The notes beneath the pieces were generated by a model that was given only the letters and a program-made list of their open reading frames with translations, was not told the DNA's origin and made no database searches. Below are positions 1 through 9,721 of a stretch of DNA of 64,000 nt, piece by piece. Made by a program: the position numbers and the translations under genes. Position 1 is the stretch's first letter, and each line of letters begins with the position of its first letter. The DNA is from Gammaproteobacteria bacterium (GTDB taxonomy: Bacteria > Pseudomonadota > Gammaproteobacteria > Pseudomonadales > Azotimanducaceae): positions 20,725 through 84,724 of the forward strand of contig NZGG01000009.1 in the NCBI GenBank assembly GCA_002690865.1, read 5' to 3'.

Positions 1-410
1 AAGGCTAATGCTGCCGATACGCCTATCATTGCCGGTATATCTGGATCTATATCCTTTGTGGCCGAAACGACTTGGCAAGTAATCTGCACCTCATTCATAA
101 ACCCTTTCGGGAAAAGAGGCCGAATGGGACGATCAATCAATCTGGAGGTCAAGGTCTCTTTTTCGCCTGGACGCGTCTCTCTTCTTGGAAATCCACCAGG
201 AATTTTACCAGCAGCATACATTTTTTCTTCGTAATTGACAGTCAACGGGAAGAAATCCTGACCTGAACGAGCTTCCTTTTGTCCCACTACCGCCACTAAA
301 ACAACGGTATCCGACACATTGACTAAAACTGAGGCAGTAGCCTGCCTAGCGACCTTCCCAGTTTCGATAATTACTTCATGTTCACCATATTTAAACTTTT
401 TACTTATCAA
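1..410 (-). CDS. pnp: polynucleotide phosphorylase, N-terminal ~136 codons (gene runs off the left edge)
   Basis: My own minus-strand translation from TTG at 410 gives [78 protein letters not shown]..., a typical PNPase N-terminus. GGAG lies 7 nt upstream. It sits directly downstream of rpsO. It is not in the ORF track because it is truncated. Confidence 0.9.
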   Translation of the reverse strand, partial: MISKKFKYGEHEVIIETGKVARQATASVLVNVSDTVVLVAVVGQKEARSGQDFFPLTVNYEEKMYAAGKIPGGFPRRETRPGEKETLTSRLIDRPIRPLFPKGFMNEVQITCQVVSATKDIDPDIPAMIGVSAALA

Positions 411-443
411 TTTTTTTCTCCGGTTCTTGCTTGGTCATAATCA

Positions 444-713
444 TTATCGACGCAATCCCAATCTCGCTATTAAATTCGCGTAACGCTCCGCATCCTTGTT
501 TCTCAAATATTCTTGCAACTTCCTTCTTTGGCTTACCATCCTCAACAAACCAACCCTAGAATGATGGTCATGGTTATGATCATTCAAATGATTCTGCAAG
601 CTTTCGATATTCGCCGTCAGTAACGCTATCTGAACCTCTGAGGAACCTGTATCGCTTTCTGACGAGCCAAATTCCTTAATAATCTCCGCTTTTCTTTCTG
701 TAGTTAACGCCAT
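444..713 (-). CDS. rpsO: 30S ribosomal protein S15
   Basis: 89-aa [19 protein letters not shown]...[23 protein letters not shown], canonical S15. truB-rpsO-pnp synteny. Confidence 0.97.
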   Translation of the reverse strand: MALTTERKAEIIKEFGSSESDTGSSEVQIALLTANIESLQNHLNDHNHDHHSRVGLLRMVSQRRKLQEYLRNKDAERYANLIARLGLRR

Positions 714-823
714 TTATTTTTCTCCAATATGCCTAACACGTAACTGTGTCAATTAAGATCCCTAAACTCGTCCATGCATATTTACAGACGACTTGATCAT
801 CAAGTACATAATTATGTACACCT

Positions 824-1744
824 TTAATTTCCTGAAACGAGCCTCCTCGGGGCAACCCGTCCATCCTCCAGCATTTCTCCTACACCAATAAAAGTATCTT
901 CCTCGTCAGCTTCACGATAGACCCTAACCCATCCTTGCACAGGCGAGTTTGCTACCTGAACAGGCTGGCCATGGCGAAAATAAGAGGAAGTTATATCTCC
1001 CAACGCAACCGCTGGCCATTGTTCCACAGCAGAACTTATAGGCAGAAGCAACTTGTCGAGCGCATCATAACCGCCATCGCGTAACCGTTCCAACTTATCC
1101 GTAGTTATTGTTTGATCAATTGTATAAGGGCCTGAGCAAGTGCGCCTCAAATCTGAAACATGCGCCCCACAACCAACAACGCTACCAATATCTTCGGCTA
1201 ATGAACGGATATAAGTACCCTTCGAGCAAAAAATGTCCAGCACCAACTCCTCATCAACATGCCTGACAAGTTCAAGTTTATATATACTTACTCGTCTTTT
1301 CTTCCGCTCCACTTCGATACCGGCTCTTGCTAGCTTATATAAAGGCTGGCCATTAACTTTTAGAGCCGAATACATTGATGGAACCTGAGTAATGGGGCCT
1401 CGAAACTGTTCAAGGATTGAGTTGATATTGCTAATCTTAGGAACTTTACTTTCGACTAAAATTTTTCCATCAGCATCTCCTGTATCTGTTGTCTTGCCAA
1501 GAATTATGGTCGCCACATATCGCTTGTTAGCCTCTAACAAAAACTGAGAAAATTTAGTGGCTTCCCCAAAACAAAGTGGCAAGATTCCCGTCGCCAATGG
1601 ATCTAAGCTGCCGGTATGGCCTGCCTTAGCCGCTGAGTATATTTTTTTTACCTTTTGCAATGACGCATTTGAAGTAAGACCTGGTGTCTTATCCAAGAGC
1701 AGAAATCCGTTAACATTCCTTTTCATCGTCTTATCTTTTTTCAT
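824..1744 (-). CDS. truB: tRNA pseudouridine-55 synthase
   Basis: Contains GFLLLDKTPGLTSN and HTGSLDPLATGILPLCFGEATKF (catalytic Asp motif). Start trimmed to the ATG at 1744 (MKKDKTMKRNVNGFLLLDK). This matches the E. coli TruB N-terminal length and lies just after the rbfA stop. Confidence 0.93.
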   Translation of the reverse strand: MKKDKTMKRNVNGFLLLDKTPGLTSNASLQKVKKIYSAAKAGHTGSLDPLATGILPLCFGEATKFSQFLLEANKRYVATIILGKTTDTGDADGKILVESKVPKISNINSILEQFRGPITQVPSMYSALKVNGQPLYKLARAGIEVERKKRRVSIYKLELVRHVDEELVLDIFCSKGTYIRSLAEDIGSVVGCGAHVSDLRRTCSGPYTIDQTITTDKLERLRDGGYDALDKLLLPISSAVEQWPAVALGDITSSYFRHGQPVQVANSPVQGWVRVYREADEEDTFIGVGEMLEDGRVAPRRLVSGN

Positions 1745-1751
1745 GGGACGC

Positions 1752-2120
1752 TCAACGATCATTATTCGCCAGATCAGAGGCAACCGCTTTATCAATTGCG
1801 TCGGCTAATCTAGCTCCAATCTCCCCTGTATTGTCATAGTGAAATCTTAATTTCGGGATGATTCTTAGACTTATTCTGCTCGAGAGTTCCCTGCGCAAGA
1901 ACCCCGCCGCCCCAATAAGAACTCTCTCGGCAACATTACTTTCATCTTTCGGTAAAACAGTGAAATAAACGTCTGCGAAACTTAGATCACGCGATACTTT
2001 GACGTCACTAATAGTCACCAAACCTAGCCGAGGGTCCTGAACATAGTGCTGAATCAATAAGGCTAACTCTTTCCCGATTAGACCCGCTACTTTTGTGCTA
2101 CGGTGAAATTCATAAGGCAT
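1752..2120 (-). CDS. rbfA: ribosome-binding factor A
   Basis: 122-aa ORF between infB and truB. RbfA-like sequence (RLGLVTISDVKVSRDLSFADVYFTVL). Confidence 0.93.
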   Translation of the reverse strand: MPYEFHRSTKVAGLIGKELALLIQHYVQDPRLGLVTISDVKVSRDLSFADVYFTVLPKDESNVAERVLIGAAGFLRRELSSRISLRIIPKLRFHYDNTGEIGARLADAIDKAVASDLANNDR

Positions 2121-2128
2121 AAAAAAAG

Positions 2129-4690
2129 TTATAACTCACGGGCCACTTGGCGGGTATTGAATACTTCAATCTGATCACCGGCCTTCACGTCATTATAGTT
2201 TTTGACGCCAATTCCACATTCTGTGCCGCTCTGAACATCTCCTACTTCATCCTTTACCCTTCTTAAGGACTCTAATTCCCCCTCGAAGATAACTACGTTG
2301 TCTCGCAAAACCCGAATCATCTTGTTCCTTGAAACAGTCCCTTCTGTAACCATACAACCGGCAATGTCACCATATTTTTTGGACTGAAAGACCTCCCTAA
2401 CCTCTGCGACCCCGACAATCTCCTCTCTAATTTCAGGTGACAGCATACCTGAGAGAGCTGCTTTGATATCATCGACCAAGTCATAAATTACCTTATAATA
2501 TCGTAAATCTAGCTCTTCCATTTCGATAATTTTCTTCGCCGGATTATCTGCTCGAACATTGAAGCCAAATATCACCGCTTCGGACGCCACGGCATATGTT
2601 GCATCTGACTCAGAGATAGCACCTACGCCAGATAGCACTATGTTTACCTTGACTTCATCATTACCTAAATCATTTAATGAGGAAACAATTGCCTCTAATG
2701 AACCTCTGACATCCGCTTTAACTACAATGTTTAATAATTTAGTTTCATCATTACCAAACGACTCAAGTAAGTTATCTAGAGATACTGCTGGACTTGCAAG
2801 CCTCTCTTCATTAGCTTTGTTCCTACGAAATGCGGCAACCTCCCGAGCCCTTTTCTCATCTTTGGCTACCATGAAGCCATCACCCGCTGCCGGAGTTCCA
2901 TCTAATCCTAAAATTTCAACGGGAGTAGATGGACCCACACTTTTAATCTTTTCACCATGCTCATCATTTAAAGCACGCACCCGCCCAAAATATTCACCCG
3001 CCACCAGGATATCTCCCTGCGACAAAGTTCCTTCTTGAACGAGTAGCGTTGCAACGGGCCCACGACCCTTATCTAACTTCGATTCGATCACCACTCCTTG
3101 GGCTGGACCAGAGTGTACGGCGGTTAATTCCAACATTTCTGCTTGAAGTACTAATGCCTCCAACAGATCCTCCATCCCTTGCCCAGTTAAAGCAGAGACA
3201 GGAATAAATTGTGTATCGCCGCCCCAATCATCCGGTATGACGTCTCGAGCCGATAATTCATTTTTTGCTCGATCAGGATCTGCTCCTTCGACATCTATCT
3301 TATTAATAGCGACCACTATTGGTACTTTAGCGCCTTTACTGTGCGCGATAGCCTCTTCTGTTTGAGGCATTACGCCGTCGTCTGCAGCGACTACTAGTAC
3401 AACTATATCGGTGCAGTTAGCCCCTCGTGCCCGCATAGCTGTAAAAGCTGCATGCCCTGGAGTATCAATAAAACAAACCTCACCATGGTTAGTTTTTACC
3501 CTATAGGCACCAATATGTTGGGTAATTCCGCCCGCTTCACCATCCGCAACCGAAGATTCCCTTATATAATCTAGGAGAGAGGTTTTCCCGTGATCTACAT
3601 GACCCATGACTGTGACAACTGGTGCTCTAGACTGAGAGTCTGCCTCATATACCAACTCATCGCTGAGTAAATTCTCTACAGCATCCACATCGAGAGTTTT
3701 CACTGTGTGACCAAATTCCTCAACCACTAGGATAGCTGTATCTTGATCAATAGGTTCATTAATTGTCGGCTCAATACCCATATCGAATAGGCTCTTAATT
3801 ACATCTGACGCCTTCACAGACATACGCTGGGAGAGCTGCTGGATAGTAATGGACTCTCCTAGCTCAACCTCCCTTTTTATATCTTCTTTTGGGGCTGTAA
3901 ACTTATGCCGGCCCCTATCCACACTTATCGGCTTACGTTTTGGCCTCGCACCAACGGTTAATCCCAAAGTTGAGGAATCTTCTTTAATTGTTAAATCGGT
4001 TACATCTTCATTTAAAAGATCGTCTACCTCATGCTCCAAAATCTCTTCAACGCGACGCTTACGGTTACCTTGCTTGGATTTTTTCTTTTGAATCTCATCA
4101 TCATCAAGATCATGACGGTCTCTTTTATCTTTACGTGCACTAACCTTATTATCTTCCTGATCACCATCAACAGCGGCTTTTGTAGCATCATCCTGAAGTG
4201 TTTCTTTCTCTTCTTTCTCCGCTGAAGCCAACACTTCTTGAGCGGACTTTTCAGCCTCTTCACGCCGCTTTTCTGCTTCGGCCTCTGCCGCTGCATGGGC
4301 TGCACGGCGACGCGCCTCATCTTCAGAAGTTCGATTAAGGTCCTGCGACACCACCTTATCTTCACCCGGCGTTCCTTCTTCCTCTCCCACAGAGTTGCGA
4401 CGCACGTAAGTTCGCTTCTTTCGGACTTCAACATTAACGGTGCGGCCTCTGCCGCCACCCGCAGTTTTGAGGGTCGATAATGTTCTCCGTTTTAAAGTAA
4501 TCTTCTTTGGCGCCTCTTGGGACCCACCATGAGTTTGCTTCAGGTATGCCAATAGTTTTTCTTGATTTTCGTCAGTAACCATCGCTCCCGGTTTATCCTG
4601 AGGCAAACCCGCCTCTTGCATCTGTTGAAGAAGCCGATCAACTGGCACGCGAAGAGTTTCCGCTAGCTGTTCTACTGATTTTTCTGGCAT
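2129..4690 (-). CDS. infB: translation initiation factor IF-2
   Basis: 853 aa with a charged low-complexity N-terminal region. G-domain motifs [17 protein letters not shown] and NKID. nusA-infB-rbfA synteny. Confidence 0.98.
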   Translation of the reverse strand: MPEKSVEQLAETLRVPVDRLLQQMQEAGLPQDKPGAMVTDENQEKLLAYLKQTHGGSQEAPKKITLKRRTLSTLKTAGGGRGRTVNVEVRKKRTYVRRNSVGEEEGTPGEDKVVSQDLNRTSEDEARRRAAHAAAEAEAEKRREEAEKSAQEVLASAEKEEKETLQDDATKAAVDGDQEDNKVSARKDKRDRHDLDDDEIQKKKSKQGNRKRRVEEILEHEVDDLLNEDVTDLTIKEDSSTLGLTVGARPKRKPISVDRGRHKFTAPKEDIKREVELGESITIQQLSQRMSVKASDVIKSLFDMGIEPTINEPIDQDTAILVVEEFGHTVKTLDVDAVENLLSDELVYEADSQSRAPVVTVMGHVDHGKTSLLDYIRESSVADGEAGGITQHIGAYRVKTNHGEVCFIDTPGHAAFTAMRARGANCTDIVVLVVAADDGVMPQTEEAIAHSKGAKVPIVVAINKIDVEGADPDRAKNELSARDVIPDDWGGDTQFIPVSALTGQGMEDLLEALVLQAEMLELTAVHSGPAQGVVIESKLDKGRGPVATLLVQEGTLSQGDILVAGEYFGRVRALNDEHGEKIKSVGPSTPVEILGLDGTPAAGDGFMVAKDEKRAREVAAFRRNKANEERLASPAVSLDNLLESFGNDETKLLNIVVKADVRGSLEAIVSSLNDLGNDEVKVNIVLSGVGAISESDATYAVASEAVIFGFNVRADNPAKKIIEMEELDLRYYKVIYDLVDDIKAALSGMLSPEIREEIVGVAEVREVFQSKKYGDIAGCMVTEGTVSRNKMIRVLRDNVVIFEGELESLRRVKDEVGDVQSGTECGIGVKNYNDVKAGDQIEVFNTRQVAREL

Positions 4691-4717
4691 CTATATTCCT
4701 AGTAGCTCAACCACTTA

Positions 4718-6235
4718 TTAGTTTTCTTCAGAATTGCTGATATCTGATTCTTCTTCGAACCAGGGAGCACGCGCAGTCATTATTAGCTTTCCGGCGCGTT
4801 CTTCTGTCATTTCCTCGATATCGATAAGGTCATCAATAGCTTGTTCAGCTAAATCTTCCATGGTGATAATCCCTAGGCCAACCAACTTATACGCTAACCT
4901 ATTATCCATTCCTTCCATATTCAGAAGATCATCCGCTGGCTGAGTATCCGAAAGTTCTTCTTCATTGGCTAGCTCTATAGTAGTAAGTGCATTCTTTGCT
5001 CTATTTCTTAACTCTTCCACAATTTCATCATCAAAACCTTCAATAGAAGTCATTTCTTCAATTGGGACATAGGCTATTTCCTCTAGAGTAGTGAAATTCT
5101 CTTCCACTAATACAATTGCCACCTCCTCCGAAACATCCAGCTGACCCATAAATCTTTCAACAATAGATCCTGCTTCCTTCTGATTTTTCTCTTCCGCTTC
5201 CTCTTCAGTCATAATGTTCAATTCCCAGCCAGTTAAATCACTCGCAAGTTTCACATTCTGACCGCCTTTACCAATAGCCTGCGCCAAATTTTCTTCCGCG
5301 ACAGCAATATCCATGCTGCGAGTCTCTTCATCAACGACAATCCTAGCCACTTCTGCAGGAGACATTGCATTGATAGCTAACTGAGCAATATTGTCGTCCC
5401 ACGGAACCACGTCAATCCTCTCGCTAGCTAATTCGCTGGAAACGGCTTGTACACGCGATCCCCGCATACCGACGCAGGAACCTACCGGATCTATCCTTCC
5501 ATCATTTGTTTTAACTGCGATCTTCGCGCGAGACCCAGGGTCTCGTGCTGATGCTAATATTTCAATCACTCCGTCAGAAATCTCTGGCACTTCAAGAGTA
5601 AATAGTTTCACAAGCATTTCTGGAGCTGTTCGAGATAGCGCTAATTGCGGACCTCTTGCATCTGGCCTAATCTCTTTAAGCAAAGCTCGAAGACGATCAC
5701 CAACACGAAATACCTCTCTTGGAATCCATTCCTCTCTAGGAAGAACCGCTTCGGCATTATTACCCAGATCGACAATTACCGCTTCACGGGAAACCTTTTT
5801 TACTTGCCCACTAACTAACTCTCCAACAGAAGAGCGATATTTATCAACTACTTGTGCTCTTTCTGCTTCACGAATTTTTTGAACTATAACCTGTTTAGAA
5901 GTCTGGGCACCAATACGTCCATATTCCATGGACTCAACTGGCATTTCATAAAAAAATCCGACCTCCATAGCTTCATCTTTCCCTTTTGCCTCAGCCAACC
6001 TCATTTCAGCTTCTGGGAATTCTAGTTCTGAATCATCCGACACTACCTTCCAGCGTCGGAACGTTTCATATTCTCCGGTGCTCTTATCCATTGCGACTCT
6101 AAGTTCTACTTCTTCTTCATATCGCTTCTTGGTCGCAGTAGCCAGAGCAAGCTCTAATGCCTCAAATATAATATCTTCCGAAACCCCTTTCTCATTGGAA
6201 ACTGCTTCAACCACGAGCAATATTTCTTTACTCAT
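4718..6235 (-). CDS. nusA: transcription termination/antitermination factor NusA
   Basis: 505 aa. N-terminus MSKEILLVVEAVSNEKGV, S1/KH region, acidic C-terminal repeats. rimP-nusA-infB synteny. Confidence 0.98.
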   Translation of the reverse strand: MSKEILLVVEAVSNEKGVSEDIIFEALELALATATKKRYEEEVELRVAMDKSTGEYETFRRWKVVSDDSELEFPEAEMRLAEAKGKDEAMEVGFFYEMPVESMEYGRIGAQTSKQVIVQKIREAERAQVVDKYRSSVGELVSGQVKKVSREAVIVDLGNNAEAVLPREEWIPREVFRVGDRLRALLKEIRPDARGPQLALSRTAPEMLVKLFTLEVPEISDGVIEILASARDPGSRAKIAVKTNDGRIDPVGSCVGMRGSRVQAVSSELASERIDVVPWDDNIAQLAINAMSPAEVARIVVDEETRSMDIAVAEENLAQAIGKGGQNVKLASDLTGWELNIMTEEEAEEKNQKEAGSIVERFMGQLDVSEEVAIVLVEENFTTLEEIAYVPIEEMTSIEGFDDEIVEELRNRAKNALTTIELANEEELSDTQPADDLLNMEGMDNRLAYKLVGLGIITMEDLAEQAIDDLIDIEEMTEERAGKLIMTARAPWFEEESDISNSEEN

Positions 6236-6272
6236 TTGTTTTGCCTCGCAATTACGAATACTTTATGCATAA

Positions 6273-6725
6273 CTAAATCTTAACTACCAAATTCGCGCTA
6301 TCTATATGCTCTAACGGAAACAAAATTTGCTGTTCATCGCCCGTTTGCAACACAACCTCATCCCCTTCCAAGCCTACCAAAATACCTTTGTATCTCTTAC
6401 TACCTTCGTAGGACTTACGTAGACTAAGTCTTATATTTTCACCCTCAAACTCCTTGAAGTGAGCTTTGGTAAAAAGCCTCCTATTCAATCCTGGAGATGA
6501 AACTTCTAATATATACTCATTCAAAAATATATCTTCTACATCTAATACGCTGCTAAGCTGTCTACTAACGGTAGCGCAATCCTCTACATTGACGGCTCTC
6601 TCTTGGCTATCAATGTAAATCTTTAGAGTCGCACCTCTACCGTGAGAGAGATGCTCCAATGCCCAAAACTTGAGTCCCAAACCTTCTACTACTGGTTTGA
6701 CTAAATCTTCCAGAGCACTTTTCAA
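6273..6725 (-). CDS. rimP: ribosome maturation factor RimP
   Basis: 150 aa aligning with E. coli RimP (LEVSSPGLNRRLF motif). TTG start at 6725, preceded by GAGGAG. Confidence 0.92.
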   Translation of the reverse strand: MKSALEDLVKPVVEGLGLKFWALEHLSHGRGATLKIYIDSQERAVNVEDCATVSRQLSSVLDVEDIFLNEYILEVSSPGLNRRLFTKAHFKEFEGENIRLSLRKSYEGSKRYKGILVGLEGDEVVLQTGDEQQILFPLEHIDSANLVVKI

Positions 6726-6750
6726 TTAAGCTTCTCCTCACGACCCCTCA

Positions 6751-6783
6751 TCCAAAAACAAAAATGGGCCAACGAGCCCATTT
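6751..6783 (-). terminator. rho-independent terminator/attenuator hairpin, the second of two between metY and rimP
   Basis: Minus sense: AAATGGGC-tcgttg-GCCCATTT followed by TTGTTTTTGG. 8-bp stem and T-rich tail, about 26 nt upstream of the rimP start. Confidence 0.6.
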
Positions 6784-6846
6784 CAAAAACACAAACTGCC
6801 GAACGCACCAAGTATTTCATAGCTTCGAATTATCAAATCGAAGTTT

Positions 6847-6872
6847 AATAAAAAGCCCCTTAAAAGGGGCCT
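6847..6872 (-). terminator. rho-independent terminator hairpin immediately downstream of tRNA-fMet
   Basis: Minus sense: GCCCCT-ttta-AGGGGC followed by TTTTATTAAA. It starts about 15 nt after the tRNA 3' CCA. Confidence 0.6.
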
Positions 6873-6886
6873 TTAATAATACATCT

Positions 6887-6963
<77 letters not shown>

Positions 6964-6978
6964 TCAACAAGGAGCGGA

Positions 6979-7007
6979 ATTATAGGTTCGCAAGGAAAGG
7001 CGGTCAA
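6979..7007 (-). promoter_or_regulatory. near-consensus sigma-70 promoter for metY (and probably for read-through into rimP-nusA-infB)
   Basis: Minus sense: TTGACC - 17 nt - TATAAT, followed by a GC-rich discriminator (tccgctcc). The -10 element ends 16 nt before the mature tRNA 5' end. Confidence 0.6.
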
Positions 7008-7079
7008 CCAGATAAGTGAACAAGGTTTACCAAAACAACCAAAAACTTAAGCTTTAGTCCAATATTTGGCTAAAAATGT

Positions 7080-7166
7080 TGGTGCCGAAGAGAGGACTTG
7101 AACCTCCACGGGGTTTCCCCCACTACCCCCTCAAGGTAGCGTGTCTACCAATTTCACCACTTCGGC
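7080..7166 (-). tRNA. leuU: tRNA-Leu (anticodon GAG)
   Basis: The reverse complement is GCCGAAGTGGTGAAATTGGTAGACACGCTACCTTGAGGGGGTAGTGGGGGAAACCCCGTGGAGGTTCAAGTCCTCTCTTCGGCACCA. It has a long variable arm and the anticodon loop UUGAGGG. It lies directly downstream of secG, as leuU does in E. coli. Confidence 0.95.
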
Positions 7167-7171
7167 AATGC

Positions 7172-7534
7172 CTAAAGTTCGGGTATTGACGTATTCTCCA
7201 TCTCTACTATCGGCACTTCAGACAACGGAGTTGGAACTTCTTGGCGTTGAAGAACCTCCGGGACACCAAAATCACTAACGTTTACGGATCTTTGCTTCGC
7301 AAAATACGCCAGAGCAAAACTCGTCATAAAGAATCCAATTGCTATCCAGGTAGTCATCTTTGTCAGGAAATTACCAGCCCCTTCGCTCCCAAAGACCGTG
7401 GAGGAACCGCCCGCACCGAATCCCGCTCCCATATCTGCCCCTTTACCTTGCTGAATCAAAATAAGACAAATAATAACTAAAGCAGCTAAAACATGAGCTA
7501 CAAGGACTAACGTTTCTACGATATTTAAATCCAT
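7172..7534 (-). CDS. secG: preprotein translocase subunit SecG
   Basis: 120 aa with two hydrophobic segments and a Gly-rich loop (QQGKGADMGAGFGAGGSSTVFG). TAATG overlap with the tpiA stop. Confidence 0.93.
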   Translation of the reverse strand: MDLNIVETLVLVAHVLAALVIICLILIQQGKGADMGAGFGAGGSSTVFGSEGAGNFLTKMTTWIAIGFFMTSFALAYFAKQRSVNVSDFGVPEVLQRQEVPTPLSEVPIVEMENTSIPEL

Positions 7535-8289
7535 TAATTCCTACCTGTTACGTTACAGATCTCTATAAAATCGCTAGCCTTCAACGATGCTCCTCCAACG
7601 AGGGCACCATCAATATCAGTTTCAGCCATCAAAGCTGCTGCATTGTCCGGATTAACACTCCCGCCATACAAAATCCGCATACCCTCAGCCAAATCGTAGT
7701 CCCTCTCTCGAATCATCTCTCGAATAAACCCATGGACCTCGCCAGCGACACTGGGAGAAGCTGTCTCACCAGTCCCTATTGCCCAAATAGGTTCATAAGC
7801 AATTACTGCTAGAGAAAGATCTCCGGGCACGAAAGCTTCCAAAATCGCGCTAAGCTGGTCTTCAACCACTTGCTCTGTTTGTCCAGCTTTTCTCTGTTCT
7901 ATCGTCTCTCCAATACAGAGAATTGGGGTTATCTGATGCGTTATCAATGCGCCAAATTTAGCTGCTATATTTTTGCTTGATTCACCATATACCATCCTGC
8001 GCTCGGAATGGCCTACTAGACAGTAGCTGCATCCAAGTTCCTTAATCATTGTAGGAGAAATCTCTCCCGTATGAGCACCGTGATCGTTAGAATTAACATT
8101 CTGCGCTCCAATCAATACCGAAGTACTATTAAGCAAACCCGATACGTGCTCTATATATATTGCCGGAGGGAAGACAACCGTATCACACCGAAACGGAGCC
8201 GCCTCTCTAATTAATGACACCAATTCTGCGCTACTTTGGCGGGTGCCGTTCATCTTCCAATTACCAGCAACCAGTGATTTTCTCACCAT
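7534..8289 (-). CDS. tpiA: triosephosphate isomerase
   Basis: 251 aa with the motifs VAGNWKMNG, CLVGHSERR and AYEPIWAIGTG. Confidence 0.97.
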   Translation of the reverse strand: MVRKSLVAGNWKMNGTRQSSAELVSLIREAAPFRCDTVVFPPAIYIEHVSGLLNSTSVLIGAQNVNSNDHGAHTGEISPTMIKELGCSYCLVGHSERRMVYGESSKNIAAKFGALITHQITPILCIGETIEQRKAGQTEQVVEDQLSAILEAFVPGDLSLAVIAYEPIWAIGTGETASPSVAGEVHGFIREMIRERDYDLAEGMRILYGGSVNPDNAAALMAETDIDGALVGGASLKASDFIEICNVTGRN

Positions 8290-8329
8290 TAGTCATACTG
8301 CTCGAGTTTTACAAAGGCCGCGAATGTTA

Positions 8330-8365
8330 ACGAGTTTGTCCTTAAACTGCAAACTCGTGTTTTTT
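8330..8365 (+). other. 9-bp stem hairpin with a T6 tail on the plus strand only
   Basis: Plus sense: ACGAGTTTG-(11 nt)-CAAACTCGT-g-TTTTTT, ending at the glmM stop codon. On the minus (gene) strand the hairpin is preceded by A6 and has no U-tail. Confidence 0.4.
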
Positions 8366-9721
8366 CTATCCCACTGATTCTTCTACAACTTCTGCTAGAT
8401 CACTCGCTAACTTCTCCACCTCGAGATGACTTTTGCCTTCCACCATTATCCGCAATACAGATTCCGTACCCGAAGGACGCAACAATACCCTCCCCTTTCC
8501 GTTAAGTTGTCTCTCAGTTTCACGGACAGCCGCACTGATTTTTGGATAATTCTCAGGGACGAATCGCTCCTTACAGCCAACATTAACAGTATGTTGTGGA
8601 TACTTGATCATAGCCTTTTTTAACTGATGCAGTGGCTTCTCTCCCAATAACATACCTCGAATAACCTGAAGAGCAGAAACAATACCATCACCAGTTGATG
8701 TAAGATCCAGACAAAGTATATGCCCAGAGGACTCGCCACCAAGCTCCCACTGATTAAGTAATAACTCTGCGAGCACGTGCCTATCACCCACAGGCGCCCG
8801 AATAAAGGGGATACCCGAGGCTAAAAGTACTTCTTCTAGACCCAAATTACTCATTTGAGTTCCCACAACACCACCTACCATCTGGCCAGCAAGTTTCCTC
8901 GATAAAGCAATAATAAGGAGTAACTCGTCGCCATCGACAACCTCTCCATAATCATCAACCATTATCATTCGGTCACCGTCCCCATCAAAAGCTATACCAA
9001 AATCTGCTTTACTTCTAATTACCTCATTAACTAGTTCTGAAGGACTAGTAGATCCTAGATTTTCATTTATGTTAAACCCATCAGGACGTGTTCCCATTTC
9101 GATAACTTCGGCACCCAATTCCTTAAATACATTTGGTGCGATGTGATAAGTGGCTCCATGTGCACAATCAACTACGATCTTAAATCCAGTTAAACTGTAA
9201 CTAGTTGGGAAACAGCTTTTACAAAACTCAATGTATCTCCCGGCGGCATCCGCTACGCGAGATACTTTCCCGATCTCCCTTGATCCCACCATAGAGATCG
9301 ATTTATTGAGTTCTTCTTCTATTTCAACCTCTAACAGATCATCTAATTTTTCTCCTTTACTGGAGAAAAATTTTACCCCGTTGTCATAATAGGGGTTATG
9401 AGAAGCGCTTATAACTATTCCTGCCTGAGCTTTAAAAGTTCTAGTCAGATAAGCAATCGCCGGGGTAGGCATAGGACCGAGAAGCAAAACATCAACTCCG
9501 GCGGAGGCTAGACCAGCCTCTAGAGCCGACTCGAACATATAACCAGAAACTCTTGTATCTTTCCCTATCAAAATGCGACCACGACCATATTTCGAAAAAA
9601 CTTTCCCTGCAGCCCATCCCAACTTAAGCATGAACTCAGGCGTGATAGGCGGGGTTCCAACCGAGCCCCGTATACCATCCGTTCCGAAATAACGCTTCAT
9701 CATTGAGCTTTGGATAGTCAT
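8366..9721 (-). CDS. glmM: phosphoglucosamine mutase
   Basis: 451 aa with YFGTDGIRG and the phosphoserine loop SASHNP. ATGA overlap with the folP stop. An alternative start lies 6-7 codons downstream. Confidence 0.95.
   Translation of the reverse strand: MTIQSSMMKRYFGTDGIRGSVGTPPITPEFMLKLGWAAGKVFSKYGRGRILIGKDTRVSGYMFESALEAGLASAGVDVLLLGPMPTPAIAYLTRTFKAQAGIVISASHNPYYDNGVKFFSSKGEKLDDLLEVEIEEELNKSISMVGSREIGKVSRVADAAGRYIEFCKSCFPTSYSLTGFKIVVDCAHGATYHIAPNVFKELGAEVIEMGTRPDGFNINENLGSTSPSELVNEVIRSKADFGIAFDGDGDRMIMVDDYGEVVDGDELLLIIALSRKLAGQMVGGVVGTQMSNLGLEEVLLASGIPFIRAPVGDRHVLAELLLNQWELGGESSGHILCLDLTSTGDGIVSALQVIRGMLLGEKPLHQLKKAMIKYPQHTVNVGCKERFVPENYPKISAAVRETERQLNGKGRVLLRPSGTESVLRIMVEGKSHLEVEKLASDLAEVVEESVG

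Noticed and set aside
1745-1795. Extended N-termini offered by the ORF track for truB. The same applies to dapB 19418-19477, ftsH 12469-12477, purA 57088-57102, hflK 59323-59337, thiL 42072-42083 and yhbY 13221-13244.
   Set aside because: The extensions start at TTG or GTG, or overlap the upstream gene, and are not matched by the conserved N-termini of E. coli homologues. Downstream ATGs fit better.
2559-3038. 159-aa plus-strand ORF inside infB. Similar long antisense ORFs: 5391-5882 in nusA, 19017-19445 in dapB, 21077-21472 in dnaK, 27140-27649 over ratA, 10811-11071 in ftsH, 13591-13905 in greA.
   Set aside because: All lie entirely antisense to strongly supported conserved genes and have low-complexity Ser/Thr/Pro/Leu-rich translations with no motifs. 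These are typical shadow ORFs.
4024-4458. 144-aa same-strand alternative-frame ORF within the infB N-terminal region.
   Set aside because: It is a frame-shifted reading of the Lys/Glu/Arg-rich low-complexity part of IF-2. It has no independent start signals, and its composition is explained by the repeat.
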